DNA from: Haliotis rubra
Lineage: Eukaryota
Assembly: GCF_003918875.1 (NCBI RefSeq)
Contig: NW_025766847.1
Location: 496,001-560,000 of the forward strand
Reading direction: 5' to 3'
Length of the DNA stretch: 64,000 nucleotides
Both the position numbers and the translations under genes were made by a program. How positions within the stretch are numbered: position 1 is the stretch's first letter; each line of letters begins with the position of its first letter. The notes under the pieces were generated by a model. It had not been told where the DNA came from. It did no database searches and was given only the letters and a program-made list of their open reading frames with translations. Shown here piece by piece: positions 24,909 to 37,600 of this stretch.

Positions 24909-26130
24909 ACTCGGCGTCATTAATGAAGGGTCAAGCTATTGGTAACACTATTTCTTAAAAGCTGTAAAATCTTCGTTTTTGTTAGAAATATACACGACTG
25001 AAGGTTTTACAAACTTTCTTAACGGTATAGAAAAACACATCAGTTCGTTAACGTCCGAAACATTTTGTTACAAATGGCACATTTTTTATTCAAATTGCCA
25101 ATATGGAAATCCACCTGCCACTTAATGTCAATGATTTGCCTGTGCATGGAAAGTGGAGGACAATGCACGTCACTGATGCTTTTTCAGTTTTTCACTGATC
25201 AGGTACCTGTTTCAAATCGCAGCTTAAAATGAGACGTTTTTTGACACTTGCTGAAAGGGGTCAAGCAATGGACCTTTTGGAATCTGGTCAAACTCAGCGG
25301 CAGGTTTCTGTCCGCTTTAATGTGAGTCAGGGTGCTATGGGTAGGCTGTAGCAGAGATTGCATGCAAATGGGTCCGTGGAATGTGCACGTCGACCAAGTC
25401 GCCCCAGAGTCACAGCAGACCGAGATAATAGGCACATGATAAACACAGCGTTACGTAACAGATTCCTTTACGCAGCAGATATTCAGACAGAACACTTCAA
25501 TGTTAACAATGTAAGGATATCCAGGAGCACCGTTCATCTACGTTTAAGGACAGCCGGACTCCGCTGTAGGCGACCTGCAGTTCGTCGACCACTAACACCA
25601 CATCACAGGTAGGCGCGTTTGAGATGTAGTAGACATCATGGCCGCTGGAATCAACATCCATGGCCGCGTGTGCTCTTCACAGGTGAAAGCGGATTCAATT
25701 TGTCCTTCCATGATGGTCGGTAGTGGATTTATCGTCGCAATGGAGAGCGAATCACAGATTCAACTGTGGCCCGCATAACCGATTTTGCGGGGAGTCTGTC
25801 ATGGTTTGGGCATAAATAACACCTACTGGACGTGCTCCACTGCACGTGGTCGACGGTAATCTTACTGGACAGCGTTATTGGGACGAGATTCTGACTCCTA
25901 TAGCAGTATCCTTCCCGCAAGCTATGCATGGCTTTTATGGTTGACCCTCTATACTGCAAGACAACAACGCTAGGCCTCATAGGGCCAGGATTGTCACGGA
26001 ATTCCTTAGGCAGCAGGGTGTAGAGCGGATGGAGGGGCCAGCATGCTCGCCAGACCTCAACCCAAGTGCGCATGCCTGGGATGACGACGTGTGTACACTT
26101 GTCACCCAACACAAGTGGATCTCCCTGTAC
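24909..26130 (+). mobile_element. Degenerate Tc1 transposon, 3' truncated
   Basis: HTH and RPSRPRVTADRDNR, RLRTAGLRCRRPAVRRPLT, LQDNNARPHRA, PACSPDLNP, with stops and frameshifts. Confidence 0.8.
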
Positions 26131-26161
26131 CCCGCAGAGTTCTACTAGAGGATTGAAATGC

Positions 26162-27940
26162 GTTGTTGTTGTTATTTGCTTTATTTAACGTCGCACGCAC
26201 AATTAAGGTATTTCTGCGACGGGGCAGTACACTTATTAAGAAATGAGGGGACCAAAAAATAGAAATTTTGAAAGAGCGGTGTTACTACCTTATTGTTTCA
26301 GGAAGTTGGATGAAGGTTGATTTTGTGTAGATAGTGATTAAGATTGCAATTTGCTAATCTTAATATGGTTATGGCAACATCAATTCGGCGTGTTTGGTGA
26401 TAATGTTTAGATTTTGTATTTAGTGTTTGTTGAATTTGGTAGAGTGGATAATGTTTTCCTATTATTTGCCAGTTATAATTGAATTTATTTATTATTATAT
26501 TGTTAACTTTATTTGTTAGGTCTGTTTTGGAGTAAGGTATTTATTATTTTATTTTTTGAGTGGAGTCCAAGTTTGGCAGCTTGGTCTCCCATTTTGTTGC
26601 CATGGACTCCGATGTGTGACGGGACCCAGATAAAATATATTTGATTATTTTTATTTTGGTGGTATAGTATTCTTCTGTATATGTTATTTATTAGATCTGG
26701 TCTTTTTGTTGTAGAGTAATTTTTGAGAGCTTGTATGGAGCTTAAGGAATCCTTTAAAATGCAGATGGTAGTGTTTGTTTGGTCAGATGTTGTTTGCAAG
26801 GCCTGAACTATGGCTGTGATTTCTGCTGTGAAGATACTGGAGTTTGCTGGGAGATTATTGGATTGTTTAAGGCTTTTGGGGGAATGTAGATACCAAAACC
26901 AGTATTGCCATTTTGGTCCTTGGATCCGTCAGTATAAATGTGAAGATTATCTTGTGGATTGTAATTTTGTTGTATGAATTCTTGCACTGTGAATTTATTA
27001 AGTATATACTGTTCAGTAAGTTTTGTGTTGGTCAAGTTTTTGGGCAGTAATGCTGGAGGAAGAGATTTGTAGTATGTGTTTGTATTACATTCTGTTGTAT
27101 ATACATCACGTTGTTGTTTAATTTCTTGTATTTTTTGTCCAAAAGGTTTTGGGTATTTGCCTTTATTGATAATGATTTTATTTTTAAGAGATGTTAGTGG
27201 TTTTCAGTTTTGTTTGTAATGGAGTTGTTAAGGGATCGAGTTACATATTTCATTGTACTTCTTTCCCATTCGAGAGTGAGGTCTAGTTCCCCGCATTCTA
27301 CCAATAATGCTTGGAGGGATGTTCCTGGGATGGCTCTAGTTATACATTTTAGTGCTTGGAATTGGATGGAATTAAGTTTATTTTAATGTGTTTGTGCCAT
27401 ATCTTGAAATATTTCGCAACCATAGAGAAATTTAGATTTGATGAGTGATTTATATAGTAGTAGTAATGTTTGTTTGTTGCTACCCCATTTACTGTGTGAT
27501 AGGTATCTAATAATGTTGAAATCTGACTTGCATTTTTCTTGTATGAATTGAATGTGTTTGTTCCATGTTAAGTGCTGGTCTAGGTTTAGACCTAGAAATT
27601 TTACTGCATCTGATTGCGGTAATTTTTGTTTGTTAACATAAAGATGTACGTTTTGTTTTCGTCGATGTTGTGCTTTGAATACTACAGTTGTTGTTTTAGT
27701 GGTAGAGAGTTGGAACCCCCATTGGTTGGTCCAGGTTCCAATATGGTTAAGTGCAGCTTGAATTTGTTTTTATGCTTTGTGTATATTTTTTTCATTAACC
27801 CATATTGCTCCATCGTCGGCAAACTGGGATTTGTTTATGTTTTTACTGAGGTTGTTGAATATATCATCAGCCATAAAATTGAAGAGGGTGGGTGAGATGA
27901 TACTTCCCTGGGGTGTGTCATTTTCTAGTGTATGGTTTTT
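26162..27940 (-). mobile_element. Decayed I-group LINE (RT C-terminus + RNase H)
   Basis: FLGLNLDQHLTWNKHI, WGSNKQTLLLLYKSLI, IYTDGSK, WVPSHIGVHGN..DQAAK; (CAA)n tail. The same 3' end occurs at about 3076 and 33390. Confidence 0.85.
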
Positions 27941-29123
27941 TAGATTTGATGGTCTATGGAGACCTCAAAGTCTCTGTCTGTTAGAGAGGCTGATACAAAA
28001 TTTAGAAGTGACCCTTTTAAACCTTTTCTTTGTAATAATTGTGACTTGGACGCGCGAGGAGGGTACAGAAGATATTGAATGGCCGAGTGCTCCATGACTG
28101 ACATTTTCATTTTGGGGGTTGCTCTATACAACTGATGTTTGCTAATGCTGTTTGAGCTTTTTGTCTGTATGCCACGATGTGTCACGTTTGTTAACACATT
28201 AAACATTAGGAAGACACTCTTAGTTCATTTCTGAGAAACTTTTCTTTACCTGTGAAAATCACATCAGTGCAAAATCAGAAGTATGGTTGATACATAAATC
28301 TCAACAGATACAAGGATATGTGTATAATGAAATGAATAACGAGTATTACAATTTTCTGGTCACGGTAGAATAGCAAGTTTTGTTCATAAATGATAAGATG
28401 ATGAAAGCAATAGATCAGTGTAAATATGTGTGTGTGTGTGTGTGTGTGTTTTATATGTTTAATCTTCCGCCTATATGGTTCGGGACAGCGAAACTCCCTA
28501 CAATTAGTGTCTTGATCACTTGCTATCTTGGTCCCGAGGTTAGCACAATTTCAATTGCTTCATATCAGTGCAGAATTCATCAATAATATACCACTATATA
28601 TGGCAGAAAGTTTCTGAACTTTCTTAGAACAAATTTCACAATATTAATTAACCTTTGAATGGTCCATATTCTTATTGGACCATTTATCCCAATTTATTCC
28701 ACTGAGTTTTAAGGGAAATTTTAATGGGAGGTCGAATTATATAGGTAAAAAGTATGAAATAGGTAAAGAGTAATAGAGATTTGGAATTTAATATAGATGT
28801 AGTGTAATAAATGGTTATTGTTATTGTTTTTGGTTTTGTGAACCAACCCATGTTCAAAAACATATTTATTAGGTGAATAATGATAAACATATAAAAGGTT
28901 AAAAAATGTAGTTGATAAAAAGAGAACTGATTTGACACTTGTGGAGGGGGCAATATCAACAATATATTCACTGTTATACTTACCAACAAAACAAACAATC
29001 ATCTTGTTTTTGCTGCCAGTATATAGATTACAACGCTACCGCAAACTTAATTATGTAGGATGATTAATAACGTAACGTTAACCATTTCCAATCAAACACA
29101 TCTCATCGTACATTATTGCATTG

Positions 29124-29340
29124 CTGTAACAACATGTTATACACCTCCATAATCCACCTGCCAATCCAACAGTTTCCGGTCCGGCACTCTCAGTGAGAGG
29201 GGACGATGAGATTAGGTCAAAGAGGCAGGATTAACCAAGATAATCCTTGCCAATCTCATTTATGGGAGAACTTGCCACTACTCTGACAGACTACTCCATG
29301 CCTCAGTGTCACACAGGCAGGTATAAAGAAGCAGAATATC
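29124..29340 (+). promoter_or_regulatory. Family promoter cassette, copy 6
   Basis: Same blocks; TATAAAG 29322. Confidence 0.65.
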
Positions 29341-29434
29341 TCATGTGTGCCGTTCATTATCTCAACTCAAGCAAGCTGCGAGTCACAAAGTCACCTGTGT
29401 CTGTTGAAATTATAGCCGAAACAAATTTGAAACC

Positions 29435-30103
29435 ATGGCAACTTCCATCTCTCCTGGCCAGATCTGTTCACCATCTAGCACTAAACTGTCGTCTGCTCCC
29501 TCATGGAAGGACGACCCAGTGTCTGCCTCTTTTCAACTTTTCAGCCTTATCGAAATGCAGGATAGATTCCTAGAACAAGTCCAGGCCATAGGTATGTTCC
29601 TATAATAATCTCAAGTAACTCTCTAAAATCGAATTCTTTGGTTAAATAGGTCAAAATTGTGTAACAAACCATGATAATAGCATAAGATATATACAGAAAT
29701 GATGCATGGGTACAGGCTATATGGCTAACTGATTGGTCTGTTAGACAAATCGCCGTCTTCACTTATACACCAAGTACTAATAAATCTCTGTTGTATTTCA
29801 GATGCCTACATCCTGGAACTGTCCGAGAAGATCGTGAGACATGCAGCCAATGGCGGCCATGTTGGACATGGGTTACTTCTGCTCAACAGGAAGTGTGTAG
29901 CTGAAGGTGTCCGTCAGGTGTACCTACGGCTGGCCACACACAAGTGGAAACAAGTCAGGCAGTGCTACAACTTCATCAGACAAAACTTCGAGAACCAGGA
30001 CCATCTTTCAGCAGCTGATCTGGACGAGTCACATGACCACGAAGTCACCCAGATTGCTCGTGGACTTAGTATGGAGTGTTGTGCGTTCCAGCGATCATGC
30101 TAA
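29435..30103 (+). CDS. Unrecognised gene family, copy 6 (exons 29435-29591, 29802-30103; 152 aa)
   Basis: Near-identical to copy 4, intact frame, TATA at 29322. Confidence 0.85.
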
Positions 30104-31639
30104 CAGTATCTGACTGACTGAGTTGGTGAAAACTACATCAAGCTGAAGCTGCATCTTTATTCAGCAGTATATAATAGTAAATACTGAACCACGCTTGGAG
30201 TGTTGTGCATTCCAGCGATCATGCTAGCAGTATGTAAAATACTCATGGGATGACTCGATGTTGAAGATATACGCCTTCACCGATGGGCATCTGGTGCTCG
30301 TTGTAAATATTCTTTGAAACTCATGGGTGGAATCTTGTGAGTTTCAATGACCAAGCCAGCTGGACAAAATACTCTTTAACGTATGTTGATGAGTCTGTTT
30401 TCACGGACTGAAATCTAGTGCTTGTTATAAACATTGTTAATACCCGGTGATGTCATAGCATCATAACACATTATTTATGTATCTTTAATAAACTGTTTAA
30501 CAGCCAATGTGTTGTTGTTGGTTTGTAACACCACACATTATATTGCCAACCATTATTGATAAACCTGGGCTGTACCAAATTTATTAGTTTCAAGTACTTG
30601 GAGCTTGAAATTGAATCAAGACATTTCAGGATTAACAGGTGCAGCATAATTTCATTCTGTACATATACATGTTGAAATATATTCAGCAACACCCGTATTT
30701 TCTCAGACTGAACAACTTTAATAAACTGGTGCAAAACATGTGTCAGGGTTTCCATACCATATGAATTTTGAAGTGAAAATAAAGAGTTGAGGAGAAACAT
30801 GGCCAAGATTAGCACGACATAATCTGTTTTATTTGAAGATCAGACAAAATTTGAATGGAAAACAGCACATCACTGACATCCTACACTGGGTTGTTGTTCC
30901 ACATTTCCATGACCATCCTCTGAACACAAAGCCAGTCCTAGTGGACGACAATGCTAAGCCAAATTGTGCACATGTCATTGGTGAGTTCTACGTTAAGAGG
31001 CAGCAGCGAACCTATAAAACTCCCATAGAGCATTATGGGTTGCAGAATATGCCAAAGAGATTTTCCAGTACAAAAGACTGATGTATTGGAACTCCATCAA
31101 GAATGAAATGCAATATCACAATGATAATATTATTTAATGTCTGAACACAGTCAATGCAGAGGTTTGAATCTTTAACACCGAGGAGAGTCAATGACGTTAT
31201 TGCATTGGGCAGAGGTTACAACATACATTGTTCTCGGTTATTGATACTTATGGGATTTCTGCAGGATTGTGTGCCAGAAACTTGAAAATGAACGCACTTA
31301 TTAACACTATACAACCATAGTTACCAGTGCTACAAAATGTGTCAATGTTTTGCAGCGTTCACGAATAACTAGTTTTTTCATTCTTAAAGCAGTTTCATTG
31401 CCATTTATTTACTCTTTGACAATCAGATGATCCAGATAGCAAGTTAAAAAAGGATAAGTTCCTGGGCTAAGTTAAGGTAAAATATTGCTACTATGAAAAA
31501 TAAGGGTGTTGCAATACTTTTTTCCATGTGTATATATTAGAGATTTAGAGAAATGCTCTCTACTTTGAAAAATAAGGAACACCTTTTGGTAACAATATGT
31601 TTTATATAACATGATTAAAACAAGGGTAAATGTTGACCA

Positions 31640-34600
31640 TCAGTCTGTCTTCACTTTGTCCTGAAACAATGGGAGAGCAAGTCGGGCCCACTGGTCGTGC
31701 CATCTCACTGACTGAAACGACTTCACATTGTTTCGCAGTTTCTTCAATTCTGACTGGTTGTCTGGAAATCCCTTCAGGAGATCCTGTGAAGACAAGCATT
31801 GATGTTTTAGTTTTCAAACATTTGATACCTGTAATTCTATTCTTGACACCATGCTTGAACACTGAAGAAGCAGGTTTATAGTGAGAATGACTGTTCTTTT
31901 ACACATGTGAGATATGAAGAAAGATCTTAATGGGACAAATAACTGATCTCTTATAATGATTTGCACACTCACTTGTATCTACAGTTTAGTTAAGGGGTAT
32001 TCTGTTCTACAGCCAACAGGTGACAACAATGGAATGGTGAACAGAGAATGTGACTGACAGTTGCCAATGTTGAACTCTACCCATGCATCGTTATTTCAGA
32101 ATACACTTAGTTATTGTTTGTCTTGCAAAAGTTTTCTGTCAAAATATGCAGCCAAACTTTATTTTTTCAATAAGCTAAAAACATGATGATAACTAGCTTT
32201 ATAATCAGGACAATCCAGCTTTTGAACTGTATTCCTTTCAAGTTTGAAATATTAATCTGCTGTAATATATTCACATTATAATGAAGTATAGTTACCTGTA
32301 ATTGGACTGACAACTGCTGACTGTCTTGGAACACCAGACCATTCTCTCCATGCTTGACCAACTCTGGCAGACTGGCAACACAAAACCACATGACAGTGCC
32401 ACATTAAACAAATTGTTTAAAATATCAAGTCATGCCATGAGTTTATGAAGAGTTATATTTCATCAGGAAGAAGGTCAGGCTGGATTCCTGTTTACACAAT
32501 ATTTCAGCAATACCATTGGGTCCATCACGTCACCTTGGACGACGAACATTGGTTGCTGGGGGCTTATTCTAACCCAGAACACCCATCAGGACACGCATAG
32601 GCTGCTCGAAGTCTTTTCTAACCAGGAATGCCCATAAGTAGGTTTCTGGGGTCCCTTACTAACCAGGAATGCCAATCAATAGATTCCTGGGTCCTATGCT
32701 AACCATCATTTGAAACCCTAGAAGGTCATTTGAAACACTAGAATGTCATTTGAAACATAAGAATGTTATTTATTGAAGTTGTTTCATGTTTGCCAGTGCT
32801 GAGTTTGGAAATGAATGCAATTAACTTACTCATTAGTGAGTGAGTGAGATCCCTTAAGTTGACTCATGACAAGCACAGGTTACTTTGGACCAAATCTACA
32901 CAACCAATCAGTTGTGTGTATTCACTGACCATTTAAAATCCACTGCACAAACTGGAAGGCCACATCCAAACATGTCCACTACTTTCATTGGTAGATCCAG
33001 CCCACTGGAGGACTTGTGAAGACACACGCCTATGTCAGCTGAGCCTGTGGGAGAAAGGAGAAACCTGCACACTATTGACGTATTTATACACACTTCTGTC
33101 TCCTTCGGTAGCAGACTCAACCCTTGTTACATACAAGAGGCACCTGCAGAGCCATGAGTTTTTATAGCTCAATTTGATTTTTCTGAGCAAACTTCAAATA
33201 ATCCATTAACAGGTTTCTCTCCAGAATGATAATTCAATGGATTGATAAATAAAGGGCTAGAGGGCTAGTTCCTGAGTGAAGAACTGACTAATTTAGATAA
33301 CTTAACCTGTGCTAATTGCATCCAGATACACAAAACCCTCCCAGCAAACATTCATGATGAAGTCATATGCACTGATCATGCTGATCTTCTGTTGTTGTTG
33401 TTGTTTGCTTTATTTAACATCGCACCCACAACAAAACAAAAACAACAAAAATACAACAACAGAGTATTAAGGGAAATTTGAATGGGAGGCCGAATTAAAA
33501 AGGTAAAAAATATGAAATAGGTACAGAGTAATAGAGATTTGGAATTTAATATATATGTAGTGTAATAAATGGTGTTTGTTATTTTTTTGGTTTTACACCC
33601 AACCCATGTTTAAAAACATATTTATTTAGTGAATAATGATAAACATATAAAAGGTTAAAAAATGAAGTTGATAAAAAGAGAGAATATTCGAAGTGTACAT
33701 ATATATTTGTCATCATAAAGTCTGTTTAATGCAACCCAACTTCTTCTGATTAGTTTAACAACATCTCACCCAATCTCAAACTATTAACACAATTTAGTTA
33801 AGCTCTGTCACCTGTGTAACTAATACTGAATAGTTAAAGAACATCTCACACAATCTCAAACTATTAACACAATTTAGTTAAGCTCTGTCACCTGTGTAAC
33901 TAATGCTGATTAGTTAAAAACATCTCACCCAATCTCAAACTATTAACACAATTTAGTTAAGCTCTGTCACCTGTGTAACTAATGCTGATTAGTTTAACAA
34001 CATCTCACCCAATCTCAAGCCAATAACACAATATAGTTAAGCTCTGTCAGCTCTTCTAAAATACCAATCAAACAGATAAGCTCTGTCACCTGTGTAACTA
34101 ATGCTGATTAGTTTAACAACATCTCACCCAATCTCAAGCCAATAACACAGGTTATTAGTCTGTCACCTGTGTAATCAATACTACTGTCAACAATCAGACA
34201 AAGCAAACAATGTGTTAGCCATGAGAGTTGAACAGCTGTGAGGGAAAAGTACCAAAGTAGTATTGTTTGTGCCAGTGTGATTTGTAAAGAAACATTTCAA
34301 TACATGATGTTCATTATCCAAACATCCTGCAACAGTATACTTTATCACTTGACATTTTACAATTAGTGTAGGCTAACATAAGAATATGTTCATTCATGGT
34401 CAGTAAAAACAGCACATGTAGTCAAATTTGACCTGTCTGTATTTATTACCTGCAATAATCCAGTTGTATATTCCCTGCTGCTTACAGCCAATGAATTTCT
34501 AACTATTTATAGATCACCCTAATATCAATGAGCTATACCAATACTAGCTATGAAACACCACTAGCTATTTCACCACCACTTTACAGCCAATGAAACACCA

Positions 34601-37600
34601 CTAACTATTTCACCACCACTTTACAGTCAATGAAACACCACTAACTATTTCACCACCACTTTACAGCCAATGATTTCAAACAATCAGTCAACACTAACTT
34701 TTCCTGTGCCAATGAAACATCATGGCTATTTCACCACCACTTTACAGCCAATGAAACACCACTAGCTATTTGCCATACAGTCAATGAAACTCACTAAATT
34801 TCACCACCACTTTACAAATGAAACACCACTTATTTTGTGACTAACTATTTCACCACCACTTTACAGTCAATGAAACACCATCTATCACCAATCTACCACC
34901 TACATCCAGCCACAGCCATGACTAGTTCCAGCCCAGAAACACCACTAACTATTTCACCACCACCAATCAGCAACATGTTTTTCCTCAGTTAGAACTGTGA
35001 TTAGCACATGATAATCCAATCAGTTGATTAGCCATGATAATCCTTGTTAATCCCATCTATTGGAGAACTCAGCTTGCCACTAATCCAACAGACTTCTCCA
35101 TGTCTCAGTGTCACACAGACAAGTATATAGAAGCAGAATGTCTGGTTCAAACCAGTCACATTCAAGCTTTGGATGTGAATTGTCAACTTGTCCTCCCAAA
35201 TCCATCCATTCTAACTCTGACACCATGGCAACATCCAGTTCCACCACCTGTGATCAGACCTGCTCCCTGGATAACTTGTCTTCTGCTGCTGCCGTATGGA
35301 AGGACGACCCAGTGTCTGCCTCCTTCCAACTTTTCAGTCTTATTGAAATGCAGGATAGATTCCTCAAACAAGTCCAGGTCATAGGTATGTATACATCTTG
35401 TTCTATAATCATTCATACCAACTAAGTGGTCCTTATAACCATATTTACTGTATTACCCAATATTCTCTTTTTATCCAAACATTCAATAAGCATAAAACTG
35501 TTGAAAAACGTGTACTCATTTCAGATCCCACTAAAGTACTAAAATATATTTCTGATTTCAGATGCCTACATCCTGGAACTGTCCGAGAAGATCGTGAGAG
35601 ATGCAGCTAATGGTGGCCATGTTGGACATGGGTTACTTCTGCTCAACAGGAAGTGTGTAGCTGAAGGTGTCCGTCAGGTGTACCTACGACTGGCCACACA
35701 CAAGTGGAGACAAGTCAGGCAGTGCTACAACTTCATCAGAAAAAACTACGAGAACCAGGACCATCTTTCAGCAGCTGATCTGGACGAGTCACATGACCAC
35801 GAAGTCACCCAGATTGCTCGTGGACTTAGTATGGAGTGTTGTTTCGTTCCAGCGATCATGCTAACAGTATCTGACTGACTGAGTTGGTGAAAACTACATC
35901 AAGCTGAAGCTGCATCTTTATTCAGCAGTATATAATAGTGCTTATTGTAAATACTGTACCATGCTGTTAAGTATTTTGTTTTTGTAAATAAACATCACAA
36001 TGTTCAGAGCTTCCTCTGTTTGTTTGCTCACAATGATCATTTATGTCACCTATAGCTTGTACACCTGCTCCAGATACTACTCACCAAGCAGGAGTGGATA
36101 GTCCTCAGATGTTAGCCATGGCAGACAGAACTTGACATGAGAGAAAGTCATCTCAGATATCTTCTTCATATAAAAGTCTTTCTGAGGACCTTTGCCTGTG
36201 GATAGACAACCTACTTTTGTAGGTACTTATTTCTGAAGTGCAAAGTAAAGAGTTCTGATCTTCAGAGATTCTGTATACTGGTAAAATTATTCAAAATGCT
36301 AAAACATATCTGTATGACCGCCAAATCGCCATAGTTACCAAACAGCGTAACATTTGGTGAGATACTGATAATGATAATCACTTTACAGTAGCCTGAAAAG
36401 AATGTCCTAACACTATTTTTCTCTTCATCAAATATATTAAAATTTGAAAAAGATATTCAGAGATGCCAACCCTGAATCTAATGAAAGTGGAGTCATGCCT
36501 AAATTTACAAAATTGTATACGGTAAAAAGAAAAAGGTTTTCATTCTCTTTAAGTAGTTATTTATAGAGAAAAAGGGGAGCAGATTTTGCATGTGGTTGGC
36601 ATCTCTGTATGATATTGTGCAGCCCGGCTGAGATTACTCTTTAGAACAGCAGGTTACAACAGACCCCTAATACCCACTGTGTAGTGTGACTTTAGTTGGA
36701 GAATTTACACTTTGAAATGCAAGCAGCCTCTACACACATGATGACCACTGTTTTCATGTCATCAGCTACACAGGTGAACCAAAGCCCGAAAACATGAGTC
36801 TTCTATAGGACCTACTCACCTGTAATCACACAGATCAGGTCAGGTAAGGACGAGGATTTTGTAGATACTGCCGCCTCATATTCTGCAAACGGGAATAGAA
36901 ATTCACTTTTTTCACTTGACAAAAATCCATTCACAACACATGATCCTTGTTCACACACGGTAAATAAAGCTGCTGTTGCATTTTATCATTGTAGGATATT
37001 TATATAGCGCATATATCCACCCCAACTCGTACATGATCATTTTCTCAAGTTCACACTTTCTTGATTCCCACACAGCTTGATTATTTGAAATGTTTATAGG
37101 ATTACTACATCTAATCTAATCATCTCTATGTTTCAACTACAGCATCAATAGTCATATTATAACAAACAATAAAATAGGTAGGTAGTATCGACGTCAGCAA
37201 CTGAGGCGAGCCAATCATCTCACTTTTACCGTTGTTACTTGGAAAACAGATTCACTAACACAGCCTAAATCTGCTTTACCCATTTTTCAATTCATAGTGT
37301 TAAAAACAGTAACATTAGAATAGTTCAAAACTAGTAACTTGTAGCTGATGTGTATACAGTAATCAGCTTGCACCATTGTTATAAGGTGTACGAGTTTCTA
37401 GTTAATTAGACTAATGGTATGTTACTGCAAAGCTTCCGATCTTGCCACAATGGCAGAGTGGTCAGCCGAATATTGTAAATTGAGTTGACAGTTGAAAGGT
37501 TAGCAAGTGTGGGTGTTTAGACGTCATATTCTTTTTCAATTTGTGTGAGTCTTCAAGGAATTTAAGGCTCTTAAGGGGAATTTTATGCATAGTTTGGATA

